A stretch of DNA of 64,000 bases, from the NCBI GenBank assembly GCA_964016885.1, contig OZ024756.1, positions 21,886,001-21,950,000 on the forward strand, written 5' to 3'. A program made the translations under genes and the position numbers. The first letter of the stretch is position 1, and every line of letters starts with the position of its first letter. The stretch is from Eledone cirrhosa (taxonomy: Eukaryota). This document shows positions 1 to 12,928 of the stretch, piece after piece. The notes under the pieces were generated by a model, which was not told the origin of the DNA, made no database searches, and saw only the letters and a list, made by a program, of their open reading frames with translations.

Positions 1-235
1 TTGTTAGGAATAATTTAATGTTGTCAGCAGGAATAATCTTAATTCTCATTGGTCAGTTTGTAGATGCTAGTAGGATTGGTATTTGACCTCAAAGAGGTCG
101 GTGGTGTTGTAAAGTTCAAACCGTCAGTCAAGATGATAATAGTTCCATATGACTGATTTTCACAAAAAAGCATTCTGGTCAGATATATATTCAATTGAGG
201 TTTATAGTATGAAATTCGATACTACAGGTCATTCT

Positions 236-439
236 TAAATTGAGGAATTTATGTGGGGTGGTACTACTGAACATTATGGTTAGAGTCAAATACTTAGCAG
301 GTTTGCATATAAAAAGACTTATGTTGATTGACTTGCACATACACTCCCACCCACTCCCACAGACACACACACTCATCCACACATACAAATTGGGGAATTT
401 TTGTGGGGTGGTAATACTGAAAATTATGGTTAGAGTCAA
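236..439 (+). repeat. Local imperfect duplication of about 55 bp (236-288 and 387-439)
   Basis: aaattgrggaatttwtgtggggtggtamtactgaamattatggttagagtcaa occurs twice. Confidence 0.7.
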
Positions 440-572
440 CCCCCAAATCCAAGTATATGGCAGACATAAAACGAGGTGGGTGTTATTTTTAAAGAAAGGT
501 AAAGTGGATTTTTGGAAAAGTTATTGTTTAGACTAGACAAAAGTAGAGTGTGATATATATATATATATATAT

Positions 573-714
573 AATTCAGTACAACAGCAGGGGTCCGGCG
601 AGCTTTTGATTCCAGAGTCGGGCCAGATCGATACATATGGAACCTTGAGCTGATCAATAGTGAAACGCGTGTCACCAATCAATAAGCGTAATAAAATCTT
701 AACAAATCGTCCTT
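573..714 (+). mobile_element. TA-adjacent PLE-like fragment, family F (3' half of hammerhead)
   Basis: Homologous to 21258-21459 and 62467-62613. Contains GAAACGCGTGTC-ACCA followed by an AATAA signal. Confidence 0.6.
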
Positions 715-793
715 GTTTTATTATTATTATTATTAGTCCCTTACATGTCGGCCCTTGTGGCTAATAAATGAAATCATTATTATTATTATTATT

Positions 794-900
794 CCCGCCG
801 AGGTTAACTTTGCCTTTCATCCTTACGGGGTCGATAAAATAAAGTACCAGTAATGTACTGGATAATTGCTGGCCTTGTGCCTAAAGTAGAAACAATTATT
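794..900 (+). mobile_element. SINE family S1, 5'-truncated
   Basis: cccgccgaggttaactttgcctttcatccttacggggtcgataaaataaagtaccag body with an (ATT)n tail, repeated many times in the window. Confidence 0.85.
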
Positions 901-916
901 ATTATTATTATTATTC

Positions 917-1280
917 TTTGAGTCTCAGTCATTGATGTTAGTTAACTGGAAAGTTTGTTGAAATGAATATCAAGCCACTACCTGCAGCCTCAGATATTCA
1001 GGACGTATCGGAGGGTTCTTGCTGTTCCCAGCAAGCATGCCTTTTGAAGCGTTCCAAAAAGCGTGGCGGGGCCAATTTTCTTTAACCATCCCTGGAAACT
1101 TTTTGAGATAGTACCTAGTGCGCCTATGACAATCGGGACCACTTTGACTTCATGGCAGTTTCAAATCCTTTTTACCTCCCACTTTAAGTCCTGGTATCGG
1201 TTAATTTTCTCCCTCTCCTTCTCTTGCACTCTCGTGTCGAATGGGCAGGCCACATCCACAATCAGGAACGATCTTTTTTC
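917..1280 (-). mobile_element. 3' fragment of an R4/Dong-like non-LTR retrotransposon (restriction-like endonuclease C-terminus) inserted in (TAA)n
   Basis: Minus-strand translation FLIVDVACPFDTRVQEKEREKINRYQDLKWEVKRI*NCHEVKVVPIVIGALGTISK...LQKACLLGTARTLRYVLNI* is typical of the RLE domain of R2/R4-group elements. It has one internal stop and is flanked by (ATT)n on both sides. Confidence 0.8.
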
Positions 1281-1294
1281 TAATTATTATTATT

Positions 1295-1455
1295 CGGACG
1301 GCATGCTTTGACGCATAGAGTTACGGCCCTTGCAATTCTGAGTTCAAATCCCGCCGAGGTTAACTTTGCCTTTCATCCTTACGGGGTCGATAAAATAAAG
1401 TACTAGTAATGTACTGGGTAATTGCTGGCCTTGTGCCAATAGTAGAAACAATTAT
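1295..1455 (+). mobile_element. SINE family S1
   Basis: B-box-like gagttcaaatccc, S1 body and (ATT)n tail. Confidence 0.85.
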
Positions 1456-1460
1456 TATTA

Positions 1461-1498
<38 letters not shown>

Positions 1499-1520
1499 AA
1501 TGTATATGTATACATACACA

Positions 1521-1594
<74 letters not shown>

Positions 1595-1629
1595 GATTTA
1601 TAAAATGATATATCTTTTTCAATTTTTAG

Positions 1630-1963
1630 ATTGTGCTGTTATGACACATTTTCCTATTACGGATAACGCCCACAATGCCAGTGCTGAAGAATTGATCAAG
1701 GAAATCCAGGCTCTGAAAGACGATAGTAAAAAATGTCACCGTGAACTGGACAGGTGGAAATCGAACTGCCGCAAATATAAAGCCAGCTATTTAATAGTGG
1801 CTGATCACAACCGAGTATTGGTTCGGGAAAATTCAACACAAAAATGGGAGCTAGCTTATTTACAACAACGTATACAACGTCAACAGGAACGTTACGATGA
1901 ATTAGAAAGAAATTATGATATACTGCAAGACAACTATAAAACCTTATCCGGATTGTTCAACAG
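1630..1963 (+). CDS. Coding exon of an uncharacterised coiled-coil protein gene (penultimate exon; may contain the start ATG at 1641)
   Basis: Acceptor ttttcaatttttAG ends at 1629 and donor AG|GTATAT follows 1963. The open, non-repetitive, heptad-like translation is (D)CAVMTHFPITDNAHNASAEELIKEIQALKDDSKKCHRELDRWK...LQQRIQRQQERYDELERNYDILQDNYKTLSGLFNR. The phase-2 donor matches the next exon. Confidence 0.75.
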
Positions 1964-2137
1964 GTATATATATATATAAGTATATTCCTCTATCTTTTCA
2001 TTCTTTAATTGGGTGTCATTCATTAGATTTCAACCATGCTCGGGTACAGCATTCAAGTGATTTATTTTATCAATATATATACTTTTTCTTTTTAACATTT
2101 TTCTGTGTTTTTGCCAGTCAGTGTTATCAACGCGTAG

Positions 2138-2182
<45 letters not shown>

Positions 2183-2184
<2 letters not shown>

Positions 2185-2358
2185 CGAAGGAAATGTGGTA
2201 AGGAACCAGGTGGATCATAACGCACCAAAGTACTCAATACTTAGGGTAGTAGAGTGGGTAATAGGAACAAGTAAGACCCCGACGGCTGAGCTCAAGCCGT
2301 TTCGACGGCTAATTCTGGACGAAACGGCTTGAGCTCAGCCGTCGGGGTCTTACTTGTT

Positions 2359-2360
<2 letters not shown>
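2183..2360 (-). mobile_element. TA-inserted fold-back element, family A
   Basis: Flanked by (TA)n with inverted arms ggaacaagtaagaccccgacggctgagctcaagccgtttcg / cgaaacggcttgagctcagccgtcggggtcttacttgttcc. About 10 copies occur in the window. Confidence 0.85.
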
Positions 2361-2389
<29 letters not shown>

Positions 2390-2393
<4 letters not shown>

Positions 2394-2573
2394 AGATTCA
2401 GGACCCCGACGGCTGAGCTCCGGCCGTTTCGATAGCTAGATCCGATCTAGCTCTAGAAGCGGCCAAAAATCAGCGGTCGGGGTCTTCAATCTGTTCATAT
2501 TACTTACTCTGCTACCCCAAGTATCGAGTACTCTTGTGGGTTATGGTCCACCTGGTATTTTACCACACATTAT

Positions 2574-2576
<3 letters not shown>
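2390..2576 (+). mobile_element. Family A element, diverged subfamily, opposite orientation
   Basis: Same layout (accccgacggctgagctc...gtttcga, fold-back, then ...ttatggtccacctggt...) between TA tracts. Confidence 0.75.
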
Positions 2577-2620
<44 letters not shown>

Positions 2621-2625
<5 letters not shown>

Positions 2626-2897
2626 TAAGAAAATTAACAAAGAGAGGACAAGACAACGAACGGAAAAAAAGTCCTCTCTTTGTTAATTGATCTCAAGTTT
2701 ATCTACTAATGTGACGAACGGGTTTATCTCTTCTTCCTCTATTTATTGCAATGGCTTTAATAAATATTCCTCGTAGTTATTAACGCACTGTGGTGAGATG
2801 TATTGTTTTTAATGCGTCGAGACATCAGCAACCCACAGCAGACACCCGAAGAGCGGAAATTGTCCTTATGTTTGTGTTTCTCTTTCTTTTTCTAAAC
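2621..2897. mobile_element. TA-embedded element with a short terminal fold-back
   Basis: aaacttaagaaaattaacaaagagaggac (2621-2649) is inverted at 2671-2700. Bounded by TA tracts. Confidence 0.5.
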
Positions 2898-2925
2898 TAT
2901 ATATATACATATATATATATATATA

Positions 2926-3036
<111 letters not shown>

Positions 3037-3260
3037 CTTCACTTTCACAATCCACTCTTAAACTAATTCTAACCTCTCCTTGCTTGCTTCTAAGTATTGT
3101 TTTTATATCCATTCTTGTTACATTCTAATAGTTTTAGTAGTTCTTTATACATATCATGTTTGAATTGAAATCCACATGAGTGGAAAAAGTGGGATTGGGG
3201 GTTTATGTGACTTCACATTTCATGTCTCTAATGGTTTGACAATCCAAGCATAGTTCAGAG

Positions 3261-3778
3261 CAGAGGCTCTGAAACTTTTGCCCCCCCCCCCCTCATGTCC
3301 AGGTAATACTCTAAACGCCTCCACCCCTATTTCCAGAGAGATTTATCTACACGTAAATAGTAATACATAATAAACAAAATCGTTAATTTATATGTAATAA
3401 ATGTTATTATATATACTATCTATAAATAAATATTATATATTCTTGATGGCTCGTGGCTGAGTGGTTAGAGGATTCGATTCGCAATCGTGAGGTTGTGAGT
3501 TCGATTCCTGGGCCGGGTGATGCGTTATGCCCTTGCGCAAGACAATTTATTTCATGTTGCTCCTTCTACCTGGAGTTGCGACCGATAGATAGTATTATCA
3601 ATTGGAAAGACCAATGGAAACATTGTTTCCTCGGTCCGATTTGACGAAAGTCGATCGACTGACGTGTATCTATTTAATATACTATTACATCATCTCTACA
3701 ACCCCCTTAGGCCCCAGTGCCCCCCCTCACCTTGTCAATGCCCCCGGGGAGCAGTACCACCGACTTTGAGAACATCTG
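3261..3778. mobile_element. hAT (Charlie-like) non-autonomous element with a nested S2 SINE
   Basis: Imperfect TIRs CAGAGGCTCTGAAAC / reverse complement CAGATGTTCTCAAAG. The 8-bp TSD is gttcagag (3253-3260) / gtttagag (3779-3786). Confidence 0.7.
3445..3664 (+). mobile_element. tRNA-derived SINE family S2 (CORE-like central segment)
   Basis: A-box tggctgagtgg, B-box gagttcgattcc and gcccttgcgcaagacaattt segment. Homologous to 9577, 17600 and 53699. Confidence 0.85.
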
Positions 3779-3820
3779 GTTTAGAGTATTTTATTAACAC
3801 CTTTTTTTATTTACCTACAG

Positions 3821-4403
3821 GTTGCCTCCTCCGGACAAGAGATTAGAGGAAAAATACGAGATGCTTAGAAATGACTACGAGAAGATTAACAATGATCGTA
3901 TCGGCTTGATGGACAAAATAAACCAACTCACTGAACAGCTGACATGTTATTTATCTGACACACCCTTTCAAACACAGGATTCCACCGGTCGTGAACCAAC
4001 AGACGGTGTTATTTGGGCTGATAACCACCAGAATATCATAGATGGATTAAGCGATAAAACGCAGATGCCCCATATCAAAGAACGTTATAGTCAGAGCTTG
4101 AAGAAGTGTAAACCCCAACCTTATGCTATCAGAGAAATCAGTGGTCAGTTTGGTAGGTTACCCCCTGGCAGCGATGGTGATGATGAAGATAGTTATTCTA
4201 ACTTCCCTTGTTCTGACGTCACAGCTGATGGAGATTCTAGGACAGAAATGTTTCGGGCTACATCTAGCAACAAACCCTCCGGACCAAAATCCACACGTCC
4301 TTTTGCCAGACATCGAAAAAACAAACACAAACTCCCTTCAGTACCAGCATGGCTATCTCAGCTAAAAAACAACAAAGTACATCCGGGTGATGAAGACGAT
4401 TGA
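3821..4403 (+). CDS. Terminal coding exon of the same coiled-coil protein gene
   Basis: Acceptor ttttttatttacctacAG ends at 3820. AG+G completes an Arg codon and continues in frame: LPPPDKRLEEKYEMLRNDYEKINNDRIGLMDKINQLTEQL...KNNKVHPGDEDD*. AATAAA signals lie at 4834-4839 and 4865-4870. Confidence 0.75.
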
Positions 4404-4927
4404 CGGGGGGTGCGAAACCGCCATGACAGCGACTCACTAGATTCACTCACTATCAATCATGAAATTGAAACCAGTGTCTGAACAAGTGTTTTCATGAATT
4501 CTTTTTTTTTAAATATTATTTTTTGAGAAGTTTGTTTTCTCTATACTTCAGTCTGCTGTCTTGGGTGGTGTGGACCTTGAGCAAGTCCTTCGCAGCCTCC
4601 AATTTGCTCACACTCCAAAACCTAAACATATATATTTTTAAACATGTACTATTTAAAATAATTTTGAACAAAAAAAAAAACCATTGGTGTTTTCGGGATT
4701 TAAGTTTACTTTCTTTCTTATTTCGATTTTATAGCGTGAGTGCATTGAGTGACAATCACGTTAGCAAAGTCAAGGTACTTAAGATCAAATCAGCTTACAA
4801 ATACAACAGATCAAATGCAGATTTCAAACGAAAAATAAAGTAATGAAATGAAGAAGGAATAGGAAATAAAAAAAACCCAATTTTCTTTTAAATGAAGGAA
4901 CATATAAGAGTATATCTACCCAATATA

Positions 4928-4975
4928 AATATATATATATATATGCATATATATATATATATATGTATCCATATA

Positions 4976-5032
<57 letters not shown>

Positions 5033-5058
5033 GTATACCTATATATATGTATATATAC

Positions 5059-5125
<67 letters not shown>

Positions 5126-5136
5126 TACATATATAT

Positions 5137-5193
<57 letters not shown>

Positions 5194-5270
5194 CATACAT
5201 ATATATAAACATATATATATATATATACATACACATATATATATATATACATACATATATATATACATAC

Positions 5271-5319
<49 letters not shown>

Positions 5320-5761
5320 CATACATACATACATACATGTATATATATATGTATATATATATATGATATATATATATGTATATATATATATATATGTATA
5401 TATATATGTATATATATATGTATATATATGTATATATATATGTATATATATATATATATGTTTATATATATGTATATATATATGTATATATATATATGTA
5501 TATATATATATGTATATATATATATGTATATATATATAAATATATATGTATATATATATATGTATATATATATAAATATATATGTATATATATGTATATA
5601 TATATATGTATATGTATATATGTATATATATATATATATGTATATATATTATATATATGTATATATATATATATATGTATAGATGTATATATATGTATAT
5701 ATATATATATGTATATATGTATATATATATATAAAGTATATATATATATATATATAAAGTA

Positions 5762-5792
<31 letters not shown>

Positions 5793-5927
5793 ATATATAT
5801 ATATATGTATGTATATATATATATATACATATATGTATGTATATATATATATATATATGTATGTGTATATATATATATATATATACGTATGTATATATAT
5901 ATATATATATATGTATGTATATATATG

Positions 5928-5962
<35 letters not shown>

Positions 5963-5993
5963 GTATGTATATATATATGTGTATATATATATG

Positions 5994-6066
<73 letters not shown>

Positions 6067-6067
6067 G

Positions 6068-6114
<47 letters not shown>

Positions 6115-6115
6115 G

Positions 6116-6164
<49 letters not shown>

Positions 6165-6165
6165 G

Positions 6166-6254
<89 letters not shown>

Positions 6255-6317
6255 GTATATATATTTATATATATATGTATATATATATGTATATATATAT
6301 ATGTATATATATATATG

Positions 6318-6366
<49 letters not shown>

Positions 6367-6464
6367 GTGTATATATATATATACATACGTATATATATAT
6401 ATATATATACACATACATATATATATATATATATACATACATATATGTATATATATATATATAC

Positions 6465-6522
<58 letters not shown>

Positions 6523-6551
6523 GTATATATATTTATATATATATGTATATA

Positions 6552-6596
<45 letters not shown>

Positions 6597-6633
6597 GTAT
6601 ATATATATGTATATATATATATGTATATATATG

Positions 6634-6708
<75 letters not shown>

Positions 6709-6723
6709 GTATATATATATATG

Positions 6724-6802
<79 letters not shown>

Positions 6803-6817
6803 GTATATATATATATG

Positions 6818-6866
<49 letters not shown>

Positions 6867-6895
6867 GTGTATATATATATATATGTATATATATG

Positions 6896-6927
<32 letters not shown>

Positions 6928-7140
6928 TGTATATATATGTATATATATATGTATATATATATATATATGTGTATATATATATGTATATATATGTATATAT
7001 ATGTGTATATATATATATATATATGTGTATATATATATGTATATATATGTGTATATATATATGTATATATATGTATATATATATGTATATATATATATAT
7101 ATATGTGTATATATGTGTGTGTGTATATATATATATATAG
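4928..7140. repeat. 2.2-kb interrupted (TA)n microsatellite
   Basis: (TA)n with TACA/TATG interruptions; source of many spurious YI-repeat ORFs. Confidence 0.95.
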
Positions 7141-7305
7141 AGAGAGAGAGGGTGGAAAATGTAAAAAAAAAAAAAAAAACATGTCTACACGGTATAAACA
7201 GAAGAAAAAATAATTGTATGCGATGTTAAAATATATGTTTCTGAAATATCGTTGCAAAAGAACGTCTGAAAAAAAAAAATTTGGTTAAAATCATTATCAT
7301 GATTA

Positions 7306-7339
<34 letters not shown>

Positions 7340-7567
7340 CATCATTTTTATTTTTATGTCTGAATATGGCTAAAATGTTCCACTTCATCAAACCATACAT
7401 TGCGTTGTGTGAAATTGAAAAAAAAAATATCACAAAAAATCAAACAACTAAAACAAACAAAAAGAACAAAAAGAAAGCAAGAAAATGATTTAAAAAAAAA
7501 AAAGAAGAATCTTTTTTACATTTTTTTTTGTCCTTTTCTATTTTCTATTTCTAAAAGAAAATAATTT

Positions 7568-7685
7568 CTATCTAATGCTCCCGGCCATTTGATATTCAGT
7601 GTTCTGATAGATGTAGTGGGCCGGTCTTTGTATCCGGTGTAAACGGTAATCAAATTGTGTTCTCAAAATACGCCAAAATTTTATA
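7568..7685 (-). other. Possible terminal exon of an unidentified minus-strand transcript
   Basis: A strong minus-strand polypyrimidine tract plus cAG precedes 7685. Short open frames are YKILAYFENTI* or IKFWRILRTQFDYRLHR...GSIR*. No partner exon was identified. Confidence 0.25.
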
Positions 7686-8277
7686 CTGACAAAGAATGAA
7701 AGCAAGAAAGAAAGAAAGATATAATTGAAAGAATGAAAAGAAAGTTTCAATTCAATTTTGTATTTTATTTTATTTTGATATCATTATTTTTTGTTTTGTA
7801 TTTTTTGTTTTTCATTTTCCTTATTATAATCGGAGTCTCTACATTCAAAGAATTATACTATTCTAACACAAAGCTACTTATCTTTAGAGAAAAAAAATAC
7901 CGAAAATATATCGCTATATAATAATAATAATAATAATAATAATATTTGTATTACATAAGAATACTGGTAATGATTTTTCAGAGTTATGATAGTGCTTACG
8001 ATTATAATGGTGATGACGATGATGATGATGATGAATCCCTGGTGGTGGTGGTGTGATAATAATCAATGATTACATAACCAAACTTTCAGAAATTACCCAT
8101 AAACATAGTATACAGACAACAGCACTACAAGGCGATGCACACGTTACATAGAGAAGTTGCAATACAATAGAAAACACAAAATCAAAAACCAAATACTGCC
8201 CATATCCCCAAGACATTGAGATCTGTGCAAGATTGTGCTGTGAAAGCACGCAATAAATGTATGAATACTTGCAAATT

Positions 8278-8308
<31 letters not shown>

Positions 8309-8329
8309 TCACACACACACACACACACA

Positions 8330-8380
<51 letters not shown>

Positions 8381-9104
8381 GAAGAAGTAAAAGTAGAATA
8401 TGAAGAATAGGAACAGCCCACATCCTGCGCAAGTCATTATCGATTCAATGGAAAAACTTAAACAGTAGTATCCACCTACACATCTGAGACTCCATATACT
8501 CTACTGGATTAACACTATAATATATCGCAACACATGTTCTTACATAACTGACACCCGACATTGCAGCACCAATAACTAACTCACTACACTACAACTAAAA
8601 GTCTACTTCAGCTGTAACGCATTAATGCTAACCAAGCTATACACCTCTATATTTGACATCCAGACTGGTGTCGCCAATTATATGGAAACGAAAGGAAAGG
8701 AAGTCGATCGACAAAATCCCAGAACTCATTCGCTTACCAATGGACTGGAGCTCCACAAATTGGACCAAGGTAACAATGTTTCCATTGGTCTTTCCATTAC
8801 TAATACTATCGACCGATCGCAAGCCCTGTCAGATTATAGAAGCTCATACTAAACATATTCACCACCCCGAAAAATAAAACAATTGACATGATATATGCTT
8901 ACTGAAAAACGAAAAAATACTAACACACCACCAGTAACGAGATAAAGCCTGTAAAAAAATACACTTATCTGCACACAGTTTTGCAGTGATAGCTCTGATG
9001 ATGTTGACTATGTTGGTGGTGATAGTGATGGGTTTGGTGATGAGGCTGATGATGAAACACGTATCCAGATATTGTCAAAACCCAACAAGAAATATATAAT
9101 ATAT

Positions 9105-9279
9105 AATTGTTTCTACTTTTTGGCACAAGGCCAGCAATTACCCAGTGCATTACTGGTACTTTATTTCATCGACCCTGTAAGGATGAAAGGCAAAGTTAAC
9201 TTCGGCGGGATTTGAACTCAGTCCGTAAAGGGACCTAACTGTGCTGCAAAGCATGGCGTCCGACCTTCTACCGATACTG
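9105..9279 (-). mobile_element. SINE family S1
   Basis: Reverse complement of the S1 consensus. Confidence 0.85.
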
Positions 9280-9576
9280 AATGTTAGCAGGAATGATACA
9301 GGGCATATATATATATATATATATATATATTAATACGTCGAAACTGCAGGCGATTGAGCCCTGAAGAGCATATTTTAATGTTTGTGACCTGTTCGCTGTC
9401 ATCCATTCTATTTCCTCCTTCCTATCTTCTCTTCCTTCGAGTCAACTCACATCTAGCCGCTCATCTTTGTCCTTCGAGGTAATATTTTACCCAGCGCCGT
9501 TTCGACGATATTTTGCTGTTCTAACAGCTTCTATGCGCCGAGTTTTCCTAATTTCCTGAGAATATATATATATAAG

Positions 9577-9748
9577 GATCAATCGACTTTCGTCAAATCG
9601 GATAGAGGAAATAATGTTTCCGTTGGTCTTTCCAATTGTTAATACTATATATCGGTCGCAACTCCAGGTAGAAGGAGCAACGTAAAATAAAGTGTCTTTC
9701 TCTAGGACATAACGCATCGCCCGGTCCAGGAATCGAACTCACAACCTC
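9577..9748 (-). mobile_element. SINE family S2, truncated
   Basis: Reverse complement of the S2 body. Confidence 0.8.
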
Positions 9749-9877
9749 AATATATATATATATATATATATGAAATGATTCGAAAAAGTATTCAAATAGA
9801 ATGATATGAAAATAGAATTATATTTAATGTAATGATTGCAAACTACATGGAAATATATACACTATGTATGTATATAT

Positions 9878-10071
9878 GTCAGGTCACTCGTCAGCGCTAC
9901 TGGTAACATGTATCCCTGTACAACCTGTGCATAGTCGGGTTGTCAGCGACTAAACCGGCAATCCCATCAAGGTTGCTTGGTGACGAGGGGGATTTTAGAC
10001 ACCCTGCGGGATCTAAAACAAAACCTGTAAAAGGGCGGTGGAACTCAGGAGAGTCAACGGCCATCCAATAA
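9878..10071 (+). mobile_element. Dispersed GC-richer repeat, probably a LINE (RTE-like) 5' UTR fragment
   Basis: Homologous to 57187-57380. Both copies start at the same gtcrggycactc after a TA-type tract. Confidence 0.55.
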
Positions 10072-10216
10072 TAATTTTTTTCGTGAGGTGAGAGACTCCT
10101 CGACTTCTAACTTTTCCTTTCATCTTTACGGGGTCGATAAAATAAAGAACCAGTAATACACTGGGCTAATTGGTGGCCTTGTGCCAAAAGTAGAAAAAAT
10201 TATATATATATATATA

Positions 10217-10455
10217 TCACCTTGACCGACCAGTCTGTCGGGCGCCAACCGGCGCGGCTGTTTTAGCCATAAGATAACGCTATCCCACTGGCTGGGCGGG
10301 CAGGCTGGTACTCATTTCTACAGCTGAGTAAACTAGAGCAACGTGAAATAAAGTGTCTTGCTCAAGGAAACGACACATCACCCGGTCCGAGAATTGAACT
10401 CACAACCTTTCGATTGCAAGCCCAATGCTCTAACCACTAAGCCATGCGACTTCAC
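10217..10455 (-). mobile_element. tRNA-derived SINE, S2-type head with a different 3' tail
   Basis: Shares gagcaacgtgaaataaagtgtcttgctcaagga...gaactcacaacct with S2 but has a distinct tail. Confidence 0.8.
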
Positions 10456-10465
10456 ATATATATAT

Positions 10466-10968
10466 AATTGAAAAATTGAAGAATAACATCGTCGACAGTA
10501 CAAACAAGGAAATTTATTTACAGTCTAACAATTGTTTCTATGATAGAGTTGTCTAAAAATTGCTAAACACAGAAGGTAGTGTCACTCAATTTAAAAACAT
10601 ATTATCTCTATCATTTCGTCAGAGACCAAGAGAAAATAAAATAAATATGCGTAATGGTAAATTTATAAATCGTATTTTAAATTGAGTGACACTACCTTCT
10701 GTGTTTAGCAATTTTTAGACAACTCTATCATAGAAATAATTGTTAGACTGTAAATAAATTTCCTTGTTTGTACTGTCGACCATGTTATTCTTCAATTTTT
10801 CAATTTTATTACTCCAATATATACTTACACAGGAATACAAGTGAAGTCATAAACTCGTCATCCACGTAAACCTCTTGTTGAATCTTACAACGCCGTACGC
10901 TTAAACTATTCATGATAAGAAGTTTTCACAACCTCTAATCGGATTACCTTTAACGATATCTTGTTATC
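10466..10968. mobile_element. TA-inserted PLE-like fold-back element, family E
   Basis: Inverted arms of about 130 bp (10466-10595 and 10675-10805), TA tracts on both sides, and a complete hammerhead on the minus strand. Confidence 0.8.
10522..10627 (-). ncRNA. Type I hammerhead ribozyme
   Basis: GGUCU-CUGACGA-A-AUGAUAGAG...CUCUAUCAU-A-GAAAC-AAUU-GUU|AGACU. Stems I, II (9 bp) and a palindromic stem III all pair. Confidence 0.8.
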
Positions 10969-11163
10969 TTATATATATGATATATATATATATATATATA
11001 TATATGATATATATATATATATGATATATATATATGATATATATATATATATGATATATATATATATGATATATATATATGATATATATATATATGATAT
11101 ATATATATATATGATATATATATATGATATATATATATATGATATATATATGATATATATATA

Positions 11164-11208
<45 letters not shown>

Positions 11209-11671
11209 ATATATTATGTCCTGCACATATATTGTGTTTTTATACTTTCGATGCTTTCGATATTCTTGATAAAATACAATATATAATGAAATTGTAAACC
11301 TAACGTTGCATAGACTCGTGCTGTGCCCGGCTTTGCAACGAGTAGCATGTGATTAAAATACTAATGGCCTCATTCAATATTAACACCAACATCCTCATTG
11401 CCTTTAGCAATAATTTCCTCAAATCATCACTGGGTCAATGAACGAAACTAACTCAAATCATACCTTGCTTCCGGTCTTAGAAAATATCACCACGTTAGAT
11501 GAGATGGTTATGGATTCCGTTCTCATAGGAAAACGATGGCTTCGCCATGACTGGATTGTCTTTCATCATAGCATTGCTTGATCATGGCTGATGCAGAACT
11601 AAACTAGATCAATAATAATGCAAATTGCATCACAACCGGCTTCCGGATCTAAATAAAACAATCAGCATTGT

Positions 11672-12085
11672 GAATTGCCAGTATTGGTAGAGGGTCAGAC
11701 ATGCTTTCCAGCGTAGTTACGTCCCTTTACGATCTGAGTTCAAATCCCGCCGAGGTTAACTTTGCCTTTCATCCTTACAAGGTCGATAAAATAATGTACC
11801 AGCAATACACTGGGTTATTTGCTGGCCTTGTGCCAAAAGTAGAAACAATTATCAACACCACAAACAACAAGTACCGGTGGATTGGCAGTATCGGTCGAGG
11901 GTCAGACGCCATGCTTTGCCATATAGAGTTGCGGCCCTTTATGATCTGAGTTCAAATCCCGCTGAGGTTAAATTTGCCTTTCATCCTTACGGGGTCGATA
12001 AAAAGTATCAGTCACGCACTGGAGTCGATTTAATCGACTTCCCCTCCCCCAAAATTGCTGACCTTATGCCGATATAAGCAAACAA
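11672..12085 (+). mobile_element. Two tandem S1 SINE copies
   Basis: Two head-to-tail S1 units (about 11672-11850 and 11876-12085). Confidence 0.85.
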
Positions 12086-12120
12086 TACATGAGCGCTCAG
12101 ACACACGCCATAACCGTACT

Positions 12121-12151
<31 letters not shown>

Positions 12152-12778
12152 ACACCGCTACTGCCAGCACCATCACAATATAATAATCATAATCTTTTCA
12201 TCACCATTGATACCAGTAGCAATTGTAGGATTGTGATTCCATTGATATAGACCTATACCAGTCTATATTTGAAATATGGAATAGAATCTGAACATACATT
12301 GAATATATACTGCGATCAAGTATCAAAAATATCTGAGACGAGCGTTCAAATCAAGATTATTAATATTTCTGAAATTTAAAGTGTATTTCTACACTAATTT
12401 GTAATAGATTTGATCCCCGATTGTCATCATGTATCCTATTCTTCTATATGTATATATGCTAAGACGGATTTTGAACGAAGATGCATTATTTCTAAATTTG
12501 GATGATTAATCTCCTGAATCAAATCCTTAGATCAAATCCATTCCTATTCGATGGTTGTTTAATAGGCTAAGGACATTTTTGCATTTACTTAAAAACTACA
12601 TGTTACTAGTTCAATTCAATCTTGGGACTGCGGTATATTTCTAGTATTAAAACAACCGACGGGTAACTTTGGCAGATTTCTGGGATACTGATGTCAACGC
12701 ACGCGCACACACACACACACACAAACACACACATACACACACATACACACACACACACATATATAAACACACATACAG

Positions 12779-12821
<43 letters not shown>

Positions 12822-12858
12822 TAAATAATAAATATTTAATGTAGTGTGGACAGAGTAT

Positions 12859-12928
<70 letters not shown>

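Noticed and set aside
3445-3520. tRNA gene (also at 53699 and the S1 heads)
   Set aside because: A/B boxes continue into SINE bodies and there is no complete cloverleaf.
11464-11649. Minus-strand exon with good acceptor and donor
   Set aside because: All three frames contain stops; at best a non-coding exon, which the sequence alone cannot support.
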